Positions 9,830-20,632 of a stretch of DNA of 64,000 nt are shown here, piece by piece. Position 1 is the stretch's first letter, and each line of letters begins with the position of its first letter. This DNA is from Naegleria gruberi (Eukaryota): assembly GCA_000004985.1 (NCBI GenBank), contig GG738880.1; one strand, given 5' to 3'. The translations under genes and the position numbers were made by a program. The notes under the pieces were generated by a model. It worked only from the letters and a program-made list of their open reading frames with translations, searched no databases and was not told the origin of the DNA.

Positions 9830-12800
9830 CTAAACAATATATGCATCATCTTGCCAGGCCATTATATTTGTTTGTTTGGCCATTGACGTGAACATTTCCT
9901 TATTTTTTCTATAATTCTTAAAAGAACTAGTGGAAATGAATCGATAGAAAGTATCATTCATGTTAATCATGATTTGTTGAGAGAGCGAATCAAAACAAGT
10001 GATGATTCTTGCTTTGAGGATTCGTTCTTCCTCTTCATTTAGACCATCCAATTGTTTGTGAAGCTCGTTTCCAAATAGAAGTGCATTGAATTGATTTTCT
10101 GGCGAGGTTGGCTCGTTGACTGGTGAAAATAATGCTTGATTACACGAAAGTAAGGCACTTCTTTTGGAGGATACATAAAAATGTAATTCTGTAAATAGAT
10201 TTTTGGTAAGGGATGGGACATTCACCTCATAGATCGATCCAGAGCATATAAAGTTCTCATTTATCCTGTCCATAAACATTGGAAGCAAAGATAAATTATC
10301 ACCCATGACAATTGACTTGTTTTGGATTAATTCCAAAAACAAGTAAAGATTTTCCAATGAAAATTCCTTCTTTGAATATTCTTCAAACAACTCAAATCCT
10401 GATTGATCTTGCAGAGTTTCAATTAATTCAGTTTGTTCAAATAATTCATCACTTGTTGCAATTGACCTCTTTTTGGTTTTAAATCTGAGCAATATTACCA
10501 AAGCAAATCCACCGAATATAAACACATAAATTGCAGAGTAGATAGTTTCGAAAATACACTGCAAAACTAGAAAATATTGAGCAGTGTCATCCTGTGAATC
10601 TTTGAATTCATGGCTCAGAATTCCACTCATCATTTGAATAAGGCAAGCTAAAAAGCAAACTAAAAAGAGAATCATTTCCATTCTGAAATATAGAGGATTA
10701 TCCAGTTGAAGTATTCTAAATAGAACATTCTTTCTTTCGAATGATAAAGATGGTCTATCAGTATTCATTTCGTCTTGTTTCCTTTCACTCAATTGAACTA
10801 CTCGAGAACTGTTTCTAATATTTGATTTTTCCTTCCTTCTTATAGAAGAAATAATATCAATCAAGATGGTGATGGAAATTGTGATAGAGCAGATGATTAT
10901 AATACCAGCATAGGTCATTGAAGTTATTCGAATGTAATCTTCAGGTAAAATCAAGTCTAATCGAACAAGTATTACCAATAACGACCAAATAATTACATTC
11001 ACCAACAGGCAAACTACAACTAGAAAGTTAAATAGAATTGGTGATGTAATTAATTTCAACATTCTAATGATATTTCTATTCGAATCATTCGTTTTTAGTT
11101 TCAATTCTTCATACAGAGCTTTCATAAATTGAAATCTAATAACCTGAATTAGATATGCAAATATTGCAGTGATATTCAAAGAATTCACAATAACCATGCA
11201 TACATTTCCAATAATATTCACACCCATCAAACTATTCGAAGGATCACTAATTTCATACACAAACAATCCCTCTTGTAAAATGGAAAGTACACTTTCGAAT
11301 AAAATAGCAATCATTCCCACAAATGGTGTAATCATTCTACTCTGCACTGGTTGCTGTTTTCTAAATATTCCTAGAAGAAACAACAATATAATTGAAACTA
11401 AACTGAAAATTACGTTAATTCCCATCTGAACATATTGAACTGACAAGACGAATGTTTGATCTATTGGAGCTTTAAACTTCATATTTGGTTTCGGTGGGTT
11501 TCCCTCGGAATATTCTGTAGAGGTCAAGTTTCTTCTTTCGTATTGGAGAAAAGTTGAGAATTTTGTTGTGTGTGAACATGAACATTGAGCTATTCCAGTA
11601 ATGTTATCGTAATAATCGAGGGAGCAGCCGTGTCCAGACCATTTCATTGAAATTTCGTCCCAGAATAGGCATGAGATGGCAAATTGTTCAACTATGGTCG
11701 TTGTCGTGTTAACAATAGTTTCGGTTTCATTATTGGAAACTGTTTCATTAATTTGAGATTCGGATAAAACTACTCGAGGATCTAATGTTAAATTTCCTCT
11801 GGAAACATCGTTAATAACAAACTGTAGAGTTATTGGATTCATTAAATCAACTTTACAACTTCAGCATTTTGAAAATATTTCAATTCTTGAATGAAAGATG
11901 ACATTTGATTTTGCATTGAAAAATTATCATTTCTGATGTTTCTTTCATATGTTATTAGTGATAGTCCAAGATTAGTTCCAAATCCACCATATTTTCCAGC
12001 AATTTCTCTCAAATCCAATTGAATGTTTCCTCCATTAGTTTCTAATAGAAATTTAGTAGAGTTTTGAGCTAAATTTTGCAAGCTTCTTGCGCCCCTAGTT
12101 AACACAAAGGAAGAAAAGGTAGTATTCAGTCCAGAGGTTGAAAATTTAGTATAGGGAAGATTAGTGACATCACTGTCAGTGCTCAAAACTTTAGGAATTT
12201 CTGATTTCAACATTAATTTCGTAAATGACAAGATTAAATTTTCAGTTTTCCGCATTTCATCATCAACTAACATCATTCCTTTTTGAGAAATAGTTATTGA
12301 GCTAGAAGATGAACCAAAAATATTTGCCAACAAACTACTTGCTGTCAATTTCGCATCTTGTGTCAAACTAGATTTCACATATCCGTACGAATCTATTTCT
12401 TTCTGATATAAATCCAAAGTATTATACAAAAAACTATTCACACTATTCGAAAGCTGATTCAAAACCTTCTTATCCTTCATTATTGAAGATTCGGATGAAA
12501 TTGAATTCAAAACTTTCAATGAAGAATCAGCATTTGTAATATCAATATTGAGATTATTAATTAAATTCAATATTAGATTGGTGTTATTCGTATTCGATAG
12601 AGCTGACTGATCAAAAAGAAGGACGTGTTTCGAATAATCGCTTAGGTATTCCAATTCTTTTGAAAGAGGATTGACCTGAGCTGTGGCCACTCTCAAGGAT
12701 TGTTCGAATCCTTCTGAATCTTTTACAAAGATTACAATATCAATGGGTGAGGTTGACCATGAATTTCTAGAAAGTGATTTGAATAGATAGGGAAGAGGAA

Positions 12801-15759
12801 GCTTTGAAACTGGTTCTGTTGAATATTCTGTTACTCTAATTAAGGAAGATGTTGATGGAATGCCATTGGTGGACTTGTCTTGATATTTGTTGTAAAATCC
12901 GAAAGCATACGAAAGTGGTCGAAGGTTTAAATTATTCACAATCCATTCAGGTGAAGAAACAAAGAATGAATCCACCACAGCCATTCCCTCTTTTGGACTC
13001 AATTCAATTCTATTAAAATAATCTTCTGGATAAATTGCAGGTTTTGTAATGATAATTGAAATTCTCGATTTTTCAAAGGATTGAAATGAATATCTTATTG
13101 AGAGAATTGTAACACTAATTTGAAATACAAACTCTGATCCGTCATCAAATGCATCCAAATTCATATTTGGGAATGGATTTGAAATATTCATTTGTAATAT
13201 TGGGTTGAGTTGAATAGTGGAATCGTCTCTATATCTCTGAGCTAGTATTGGTCCACTATTTTCAAGTATTCGAATTGGGGTTTTGAAATCTGATGAATTG
13301 AATACAGTTATAGTTGATTGGTAGTTCAATTGACAAGTAGTGTTATCTAATGAGAATCCAACACAATCGTTCAATAGAAAGTCAACTCCTTCAGGATAAT
13401 TAAACGAAACTCTGTTAATTAGAATGGAAATATCTAAATTCTTGGTAAATGCCATAGTGGAAGACAACTTGTAAGTTTGCACATTTGTAATTAGCACATC
13501 TTGAGGCTGAATTAGTTTCTTTGGTATGAACAATACAGTAGAAAGAGTATTCAAAAGAATATCTTGTGAATATCTCTCACTAAGCACTCCCCGAATCAAA
13601 AATTCATAATAATATTCTCTTTTTAGAGAAGAAACATCCAAACTAAACTCTTGACTCTCCACAATCCATGCATTTTCATAAGAATTGTACATGTAATCGG
13701 TACAATTAGAACACCAAACTCTATACGAAACTAAACCTGATTGAATACTGCTCCCAATCTTGAATGAAATCAACCCTTCACTCCCATTGACATTCGATCC
13801 ATTCAATGCTATTTCTAAATTAGCTGCAACTCTTGAACTATCAACATATGAATCACATAAACTTCCATAAAAGGTTCCATTCTCAGTCTTTTTACATTCA
13901 CAAGTATCGATATTGGAACAAACTCCATTTCCTGAACAAGCATTCGAATCTGTATTTGCAATTCCCCAACAAGAATATAATTCACAACTGTCTCCGTAAT
14001 ATCCATCCTGACAGGAACATTTCAATTCTTTGGTGCAGGTTCCTCTCTTCATACATTGAGGAATGATAGAGTTGGGTTGGCATTTGTAAGAGTTACACTG
14101 CTCTCCTGAATATCCAGTGAGGCATTCACAATGATCTGGACCTGTGCATTGTCCGAAACCAGAACAAACTAAACTATCGTTTGAGAATTTTCCATAACAT
14201 TGAAAGAGATCACATTGAGTCCCAACTCTTCCACTCTCTTCAGCACATAGACAATTGTTAGGCGCTACACAAGATCCAAATCCTGAACAAACTTTTTCAT
14301 TATTGTAAGGAATTTCATAACAATCAAAATTTTCACAAGTCGTTCCATAATAGCCCAATTGACAAGAACAATTTCCAGGTGAAATGCAACTTCCCCTTCC
14401 TGAGCATATGAGAGATTTACCTGTATCCAACAACAATACAGAAACTCCTCCACATTCATAATCATTACAAGTCACTCCAGAGAAACCCTCAAAACAAGAG
14501 CAGTTTCCTCCAACTTGACAATCTCCATTTCCAGAGCAAACTATTAGTGAGCTTGCCTTAATTCCATAACATTGACTTTCGTATTGACAGGCATCTCCAT
14601 AGAAACCATTTTTACATGAGCATTGATTCAGTCCAGTACATTTTCCATTCCCATAACAAACATTTGAATCATTACTCGGCACCCCATAACAATTCATAAA
14701 ACCACTGATGGTCATTAGATAACCATATGGTATGGTGGAACTGAGTGTTGGTCCACCACCAGCAAACAATAAGGAATTTCCCATATTAAGCACTGATATT
14801 CCATACGCAGAGTAAGGTGAGTTGAATGAAGTAACATTCTCCCAAATTGACATGTTATTAAGGTTAGCTCTAAGCATACTCCTTCCTAAAGATCCAGAAA
14901 AGATGTAGGCATAATTCGCAGAAATGAAAGAAGCACTTCCAAAAACTGAATTGGGTAGTGAAATGGGTGAAAGTTTCCAAACAGAATTTGATGATGCATT
15001 ACTTGTCGTGAGAGAATCCAATTGATCAAATGAAGTGTAATAGATTGTCTTGTAATAGTTTAGTAAATCACTTCCTCCTCCAACAATGTAAATCATTCTT
15101 CCTACGCTAAAGACACTAGCTGCAAATATGGCATTTGGAAATGTCCCAACTCTTTGCCAAATTGTTGGGGAGCTCAAGTTGGCCATATACACAGCTTTAG
15201 AATATTCTGAATTGAATGAACCTCCTATTAGAAAGAGGTTCTTCTCTGTTCTAAAGAAAACTGGCATTGTGCAAGAATAGGGAAGCTCCTCATCCAATAC
15301 TGAAAACGACTGCAAATCAGACAGTTTTGCTCGCATTATCTTTGATGTTCCACCTCCAAATATATAAGCATAATCAATTCCATTCAAGTTCAAAACTTGA
15401 AATGCATAGCCATAGGCCTTTTGAGGTAACTTTCCAATCACTGAGAATGGCCCCACAGTGTCAAGCGTAATTTGGGAGTAATTTGAATAACCTCCATTGA
15501 TCAGCTGGCTTGTAATTTTGCTCGAAATTGAAACGTTTGATGATTGAATATTGTCAAGAGGATTGTTTCCATCAAAACCTCCGAATGAATAAAGTTTCAT
15601 TGAGGATGAATCGAAGAAGAGAGTCGAATAGGAACCAGAAGCTTGGGGAAATACATTGAGTTGTGGGGAGAGGGTGAAGGGTTCTTCCTCGATTCCCATT
15701 AAAAAATTGTTGGATAGCTGAATGAGAGTTATAAAGATGAAGAGAAATAATCGAAGCAT
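9830..15759 (-). CDS. Giant adhesion-GPCR-like receptor: signal peptide, Kelch/galactose-oxidase-type beta-propeller, tandem EGF-like repeats, GAIN-like region with GPS motif, 7TM, C-terminal RGS domain. Proposed model join(15759..11860, 11821..9830)
   Basis: Seen: the upstream ORF (11842-15759) opens with a signal peptide, MLRLFLFIFITLIQLSNNF. Kelch-type blades follow (FGGFDGNNP, YIFGGG, LFLIGGSF, IYIVGGGSD, YIFSGSLG, LLFAGGGP). Then come about nine Cys-rich EGF repeats (CYGNGKCTGLNQCSCKNGFYGDACQ ...) and roughly 650 aa of mixed alpha/beta sequence. Its TAA stop overlaps the ATG of the next ORF (TAATG). The downstream ORF (9830-11842) begins with a GPS-type motif, CLFWDEISMKWSGHGCSLDYYDNITGIAQCSCSHTTKFSTF (consensus C..W......W...GC............C.C.HLT.F). 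It continues with 7 hydrophobic helices and a clear RGS domain (FEEYSKKEFSLENLYLFLE ... MINMNDTFYRFISTSSF). A GPS motif has to be preceded by a GAIN domain, which can only come from the upstream ORF. A 38-nt GT...AG intron (11859..11822) joins the two in frame (..KYFQNAE|FVINDVSRG..). The join is inferred. Confidence 0.55.
11822..11859 (-). other. Candidate 38-nt intron (GTTGTA...CTACAG) fusing the two halves of the adhesion-GPCR gene
   Basis: In-frame, phase 0 on both sides. The length is within the 38-80 nt range of the confirmed introns in this window. An alternative is a 1-nt assembly frameshift near 11845-11865. Confidence 0.4.
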
Positions 15760-15929
15760 TTTAAATTGATGAAGATGTCTGTTGAAAGTCCAGTAAACTA
15801 GTATTTGTGAAGTGTACCACTATGTGGAGATAGACTTGTCAACGGAGGTCAGAAAACTAAAAAGGAGGTGGACCAAGAAGAGTCGGCAGTAGAAAACCCA
15901 CCTCAGCATAATTTTCTGTAGCAAAAAGT

Positions 15930-16002
15930 TATACCCTGTGGGACTCGAACCCACAACCCCCGGCTCCGTAGGCCGATGCTCTTCCAATTGAGCCAAGGGT
16001 AC
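15930..16002 (-). tRNA. tRNA-Arg, anticodon ACG, 73 nt, no intron
   Basis: Seen: the minus-strand sequence GTACCCTTGGCTCAATTGGAAGAGCATCGGCCTACGGAGCCGGGGGTTGTGGGTTCGAGTCCCACAGGGTATA folds as a standard cloverleaf. It has a 7-bp acceptor stem with G1:U72 and a D-arm GCTC/AATTGGAA/GAGC. The anticodon stem-loop is TCGGC-CTACGGA-GCCGG (34-36 = ACG). The T-arm is GTGGG-TTCGAGT-CCCAC. Internal Pol III A and B boxes are present. The 127-aa ORF at 15929-16312 in the track overlaps this gene and is spurious. Confidence 0.85.
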
Positions 16003-16118
16003 TTACATTAATATAAAGCAAAATCCCATTATACACATTCAGCCTTAATGGGTTTTGTAAGGAGATTATTTTCTTAATGCAATCTAATTGGTTTTTAATT
16101 GATAAACGAAAGATGCGT

Positions 16119-17246
16119 TTATTCTTCTGTTTTGTGAACTTTACAAGAATGTAAGTGAACAACCAATCTGTCAGGTTCGAATTTTCTATTGCAATTTGGG
16201 CATTGAGCCATCGAAGCAATATAGATGGTTCTTGCTTCTGTGTTGTAACTCTTGTAAGATTCTGCTGTATCGTCGGAACCAGGAATTGGTAACACTGGTG
16301 GTTCGGGAACATCCTTCAGTAAATCTTCAGGAAGACCAGAGTGAGCCCAATATGACTTTCTCTTCTCTATACATTCTGGAATGTGGATTGGGAGTGATCT
16401 TGTTCCATATTCTTGACCACAACAGTAACAGAAGAGCATCTTCTTTGTCAAGTGTTTGTTCCAATTCTTTTGAATTGTTTTAGCTGCTTGTTGTTCCTCC
16501 CAAGTGTGCCCATCTTTATCCTTGCATGTGGTTAAATGCTTCGTTAGGCGATCACATTCAAAACCTCTGTCACAAATTGGACAATGGACCAAACTGTATT
16601 TAGAGAATAATTCTTGAGCTTCTTCATTATATGTGTCAACTTCTTGTTGAGTGCCATTTTCAGAATCAGGTATTGGAGCTGATGGAGGGCTTGGAAGAGA
16701 TTTTGGAACCAATCCTTTTGGCAAGTTGGCCTTGTAATCGTTCAGTCTTTGTTCTGGACAATCGTTCAAGTGAATTGGTAGAGAGGTTGGTCCAAACTTT
16801 TGTCCACAAGTGTAACAAATTAACATTCTTGAAACTGTCTTCTTCTTGGCCGCATGTTCCTTATACTTCTTTTGAATGACAGAAGCAGCCTTATGTTCAT
16901 CATCACCATATTCTACATTTTCAAAGTTTTCCTCCTCTTCTGGGTCCTTCAATTTAGGTGGTTCTGGGCTTTCATTTGGTATTACTGGTTTGTGTTCCTC
17001 TTCCTTTTGTTTGACTTTCTTCGGAGGAATGGCATGTTCCTTCTCCTCATGACCACCTTCCTGTCTCTCCTCCTTAGGATGTGGTTTTTCAACTTTGTGA
17101 GACCCAGTTGATTCATTATGTGTTGGTGGAGGAGGAGCATGGTCTTCTTCCTTTTGTTTCTTTGCTACTTGAATGCTTTTTTCAGTAGACTCCACTGGCT
17201 TTTGTTGTTCTTCAACGTTTTTGGCACTAGAAGCTCCACAACCCAT
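16119..17246 (-). CDS. C2HC zinc-finger protein with four zf-C2HC_2-like fingers, two IQ-like motifs and an N-terminal MGCGAS dual-acylation motif; start moved to the ATG at 17246
   Basis: Seen: four repeats of C-x2-C-x11/12-H-x3-5-C (CYTCGQKFGPTSLPIHLNDC, CPICDRGFECDRLTKHLTTC, CYCCGQEYGTRSLPIHIPEC, CPNCNRKFEPDRLVVHLHSC). Between them are AASVIQKKYKEH and AAKTIQKNWNKH. The ORF track extends the N-terminus across a TATAAAA element, but the first credible Met gives MGCGASS. Gly2/Cys3 is the classical N-myristoylation plus palmitoylation signal; that reading comes from established knowledge of Galpha and Src-family N-termini. Confidence 0.6.
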   Translation of the reverse strand: MGCGASSAKNVEEQQKPVESTEKSIQVAKKQKEEDHAPPPPTHNESTGSHKVEKPHPKEERQEGGHEEKEHAIPPKKVKQKEEEHKPVIPNESPEPPKLKDPEEEENFENVEYGDDEHKAASVIQKKYKEHAAKKKTVSRMLICYTCGQKFGPTSLPIHLNDCPEQRLNDYKANLPKGLVPKSLPSPPSAPIPDSENGTQQEVDTYNEEAQELFSKYSLVHCPICDRGFECDRLTKHLTTCKDKDGHTWEEQQAAKTIQKNWNKHLTKKMLFCYCCGQEYGTRSLPIHIPECIEKRKSYWAHSGLPEDLLKDVPEPPVLPIPGSDDTAESYKSYNTEARTIYIASMAQCPNCNRKFEPDRLVVHLHSCKVHKTEE

Positions 17247-17317
17247 CTTTTCCGATTTTTTTCTGCTAATGGTTTTGTGGCAGTGTTTGTTGTAGTTGTT
17301 TGGTATAACAGCTGTTT

Positions 17318-17326
17318 TTTTTAAAC
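17318..17326 (-). promoter_or_regulatory. TATAAAA element about 75 nt upstream of the MGCGAS start codon (minus strand)
   Basis: Seen in the sequence (plus-strand ttttataaaa). It lies within the region that the ORF track mistranslates as an N-terminal extension. Confidence 0.25.
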
Positions 17327-17566
17327 TTTTATAAAACATCAAAACGATTTTTCTTAAACCGTCGAATTGTAGTTAGTTTGGGAGGGAAAAAAAGTTCCTT
17401 AGTAAATTCAAAGGAGCATTGATAAACTTTGTTACAAAAAGTATTCTTTGAAAATTTACGAACATTAAATTAACCCACAGCTTTAATATTAATTTTAAAT
17501 TGTTATAGACCAGAAGAATGTGTCATCAACACGCAATCAAACTGTAATCAAAATCAACATAAAAAA

Positions 17567-18049
17567 ATGATGAAACAACAACTCGGAATATTTTTACTGG
17601 CCACTTGCCTGATGATCTTGTTATTATCCAGCCAAGTATTTTCATTATCGGAAAAAGTAAATAGACAACAATTAGAGAAGGAATTTGCAGCAGCATTTGA
17701 AAAGAATGAACGTCATATGAGAGAGAACAAAATTCACAAAATGGAAAAATCGGAAAGATTCATCTCAACTCCTACAAATCATTTTGTTATAAAAACAAAA
17801 ACAGATTCAACAGAAGCCGATGATTTGATTAAGAGAATTGCTGAAGAATTTTCTCTTGTTCAAGTTCGTAAAATTCCAGGACCTAATTTCACAGCTCACA
17901 TTTTAAGAAAGACTCTCCAATCATCAGATAACGAACGATCTGTCAGAGCTGCTCTTGACACCCAAGCTATGAGTAACATTGTAAAGAAATATTCAACACA
18001 AATTTTGGATTTCTACAATGAAAAGAAGAATAACTATTCTAAACGTTAA
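17567..18049 (+). CDS. Small secreted protein, 160 aa, with an N-terminal signal peptide
   Basis: Seen: ATG start and signal peptide MMKQQLGIFLLATCLMILLLSSQVFS. The mature part (..HFVIKTKTDSTEADDLIKRIAEEFSLVQVRKIPGPNFTAHIL..) faintly resembles a peptidase-inhibitor I9 / subtilisin-propeptide-like fold. That resemblance is a weak inference. Confidence 0.4.
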   Translation: MMKQQLGIFLLATCLMILLLSSQVFSLSEKVNRQQLEKEFAAAFEKNERHMRENKIHKMEKSERFISTPTNHFVIKTKTDSTEADDLIKRIAEEFSLVQVRKIPGPNFTAHILRKTLQSSDNERSVRAALDTQAMSNIVKKYSTQILDFYNEKKNNYSKR

Positions 18050-18196
18050 TTTATATGTCACCTCCCAATATTCAATACTCGGTAATGTGAGCACCACTAT
18101 TAAGGATGATTAACCTTGTTGAAATTGTATTCTATTTCAGATAATGCTGAGATAATGATCTGTATATACTCTCCAAATAAACCATAAATTATCAAT

Positions 18197-19378
18197 TTAG
18201 AAATTTGAAATTCTCTTCTTTCTCTTGAAATAGACAAATGTACCAATAATCCACAAACATAAACTGTACCAAGTGGCCATATAAGCAACGTGAGTAGCAG
18301 GTGTAATGTAGAATTTCATGTAATCATCAGGAATTGCGAGCATTGGATACTTGGTTGGTTGAGCCTCTGAAGCTTTGAGAGAGTGTTCACTTGTTTCCTT
18401 TTCATCATAGACAAAGTTTGGAATGTGATGGAATTGATCCAAGAGAAGTGGAATATATGACATTTCATAATATTTGGCAATTGAGAATAGATCCATGGCA
18501 ATGAATTTGTTTGTTTTTCCATCATAGCTCTCAGAGATACCAGCTCCAAGATATTCTCCAGGTCTGATAATTGCTGTGATTTTCTCAGTATTAGTTGGAT
18601 CAGTCATCTTCTTTTCAAAGTCTTGCGGTTCCGGATTTCCATGATGGTAGACAGTCTTTGGAACCCAACCTCTATTCACCATTACAACTTCACTGTTAAA
18701 TTATTAGCTCAATTATTCCTTAATTAAAACCTACCCATCCTTCAAAACAAATGGTGTCAAAATAAAGTATCCCATCTCTCCCATTGTAGTTGGAAGATCC
18801 AATCTCTTGGTGAGAGGACTCTTTCTCAAACCCACCACAATTTCCTTACTATAATCAAAATAACCTTCCAATGTTACAATTCTATGTACATATTCATCCT
18901 TTGCAGGATTAATTGGATCATAATTTTCCTCTGTTTTTTCATGCAATGATGGTGAAGATTCTGGTTCCTCCACAGGAGATGTCTTTAACATTTCAGAGCC
19001 ATTGTATGGAATTGGGTCTTGAGCAAGAGTGACTTCTCTCAATATAATTTGATCCTTCTTCCACAAGTATCTTCTTGTTTGCCAAATTCCCAAACAAAAT
19101 GTAGTAATTGCAGGAATGCCAAAGAAGAGGAATTGAGTAAAACTGATGAATGGTTCCTTCTTTTCACCTCCATTATTATTAGAGTATTCATCCTTGTTTG
19201 ATTCCCTTCTCTTGTCCTCTTCTTCTTTTCTTTCCTTTCTTCTCTCCTCTGCTCTGTCCACTAATCTAATGGTAGCATAGTCAGCTGATTTGAATCCAAT
19301 ATTGAAAAGTCCGATATTGTTTGTCCTCTTATTGTTCAGAAGTACGGATGGTACTCTAGTGAGGCTCCTTCTCATCAT
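18197..19378 (-). CDS. SURF1: SURF1 (Surfeit locus protein 1, cytochrome c oxidase assembly factor), two exons: join(19378..18735, 18692..18197)
   Basis: Seen: an Arg-rich mitochondrial presequence MMRRSLTRVPS. SURF1 signatures are present: LGIWQTRRYLWKKDQI (cf. LGTWQVQRRKWK), GYFDYSKEIVVG, GYFILTPFV, VNRGWVPK, HVAYMATWYSLCLWIIGTFVYF (cf. HLQYIVTWYGLS). The ORF track shows two ORFs separated by a TAG. A 42-nt intron (GTAGGT...AACAG, 18734..18693) joins them in phase to give ..FVLKDGGEVVMVNRGWVPK... The second TM helix lies at the C-terminus. Confidence 0.8.
18693..18734 (-). other. Intron, 42 nt, GTAGGT...AG, in SURF1
   Basis: Removing it restores the conserved SURF1 alignment across the junction. 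Confidence 0.7.
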
Positions 19379-19472
19379 TGTTTTGAATTTTTTGATGATT
19401 TAATAATTATTTAAAATTCAATTATTTTCTACTTTTAGACCTAAAAATTGATTGCACTTGCACAATAACAAC

Positions 19473-20516
19473 ATGTTGCGTAATATTCTTCAATCTACTT
19501 CTTCTGCTTGTTTAAAGAAGAGCAAATTTATTTCCTCATCATCTTCATTGATTTTTACTCACAACAACAATAATAGACAATTCCACAGCAATCACACCAG
19601 TAGAGTTGAACATCCAAAAATCAAGCCAATCGATTCAGTGGGTTTTTACAACTTTTCCAGAGATTTTGCAATTGCTAGTGCCAAGGCTTCCCGATTAATT
19701 GATTTAATCTTTGCTGTTAGGAATGAAAAGAATGATATCAAGAAGGAAGAAGGTTTGAAAGCCTACTCACAAATGATGCTCGGCCTCTACATGTTCAATA
19801 TGCTCACCATGAAGGAGGAGAACATTCCAGCATTGAGTAAAGCCATCTCCCTCTTTGAACAACTTCAAACCATACCAAGTGGCTCTGAGGAAAACTTTAA
19901 ATTGAGAGAAGAGATGGGCATTGAATTTGCCAAATCCTTCTCCTCCAATGATCCAACACTCGAGAGTTTAAAGAAGGTTTCTGTGGATGAACGTGGTAAT
20001 ATCGTGAGACAGGGTTCCTTCTTGATTGCCTATCCATTCCTGAGGAGTTTATTACTCGAGAGGGATTTCATTGGTGAGGCAGAGAAGAGTGAAGGTAGAG
20101 TGAGTTTGGAAGATTTTGTTATTAATTTGCCATCTGCTGGAGCTGGAGAGAATACTTTGAATGAAGCAATTAGTCAATCGGCAAAGAAGATTGAAAGAAT
20201 TTCACAATACTTTGTACCAGAATTATTCGAAAAGGCAAAGGTTGCCAGTTCTTCACACAATCACTTGTTGGATCCATCGATGAGAGATGCCATCTATCAT
20301 TACAATTATTCACTTCTTACTGTATTATATCAGAGACAAATTCTCTATCAAATGGCAAGATTGAAGAAGAAGGATTTGGCATCAATGAGCAAGGAAGATA
20401 TTCAACAATTAGTTGAGAAGGCTTCTTCAGCAGAATTTGCCATGTCCATTGCTGGAAATCCTAACGATAAGCTTGTTATGGCTGCTATTACAGATTTGCA
20501 TATTCACGCTGTATAA
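19473..20516 (+). CDS. Hypothetical protein with a presequence-like N-terminus, possibly mitochondrial; first ATG is at 19473 (the track starts at a TTG)
   Basis: Seen: a 348-aa ORF. The N-terminus MLRNILQSTSSACLKKSKFISSSSSLIF is basic and hydroxylated. No recognisable catalytic motif was found. Confidence 0.4.
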   Translation: MLRNILQSTSSACLKKSKFISSSSSLIFTHNNNNRQFHSNHTSRVEHPKIKPIDSVGFYNFSRDFAIASAKASRLIDLIFAVRNEKNDIKKEEGLKAYSQMMLGLYMFNMLTMKEENIPALSKAISLFEQLQTIPSGSEENFKLREEMGIEFAKSFSSNDPTLESLKKVSVDERGNIVRQGSFLIAYPFLRSLLLERDFIGEAEKSEGRVSLEDFVINLPSAGAGENTLNEAISQSAKKIERISQYFVPELFEKAKVASSSHNHLLDPSMRDAIYHYNYSLLTVLYQRQILYQMARLKKKDLASMSKEDIQQLVEKASSAEFAMSIAGNPNDKLVMAAITDLHIHAV

Positions 20517-20632
20517 AGTTTGTTTGTTCAAGGATATTGTGATGAAGAAGATTGATGTTGCATGGTATTATCCAAGTTTTGAATTTTTATTTAGGATGTC
20601 AATAATCAATAATATTTCATCACAACAATAAA

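Noticed and set aside
15929-16312. 127-aa minus-strand ORF
   Set aside because: Its 5' end is the tRNA-Arg(ACG) gene itself (GFESHRV is the translated tRNA). It has no codon or periodicity support and overlaps the 3' end of the zinc-finger gene.
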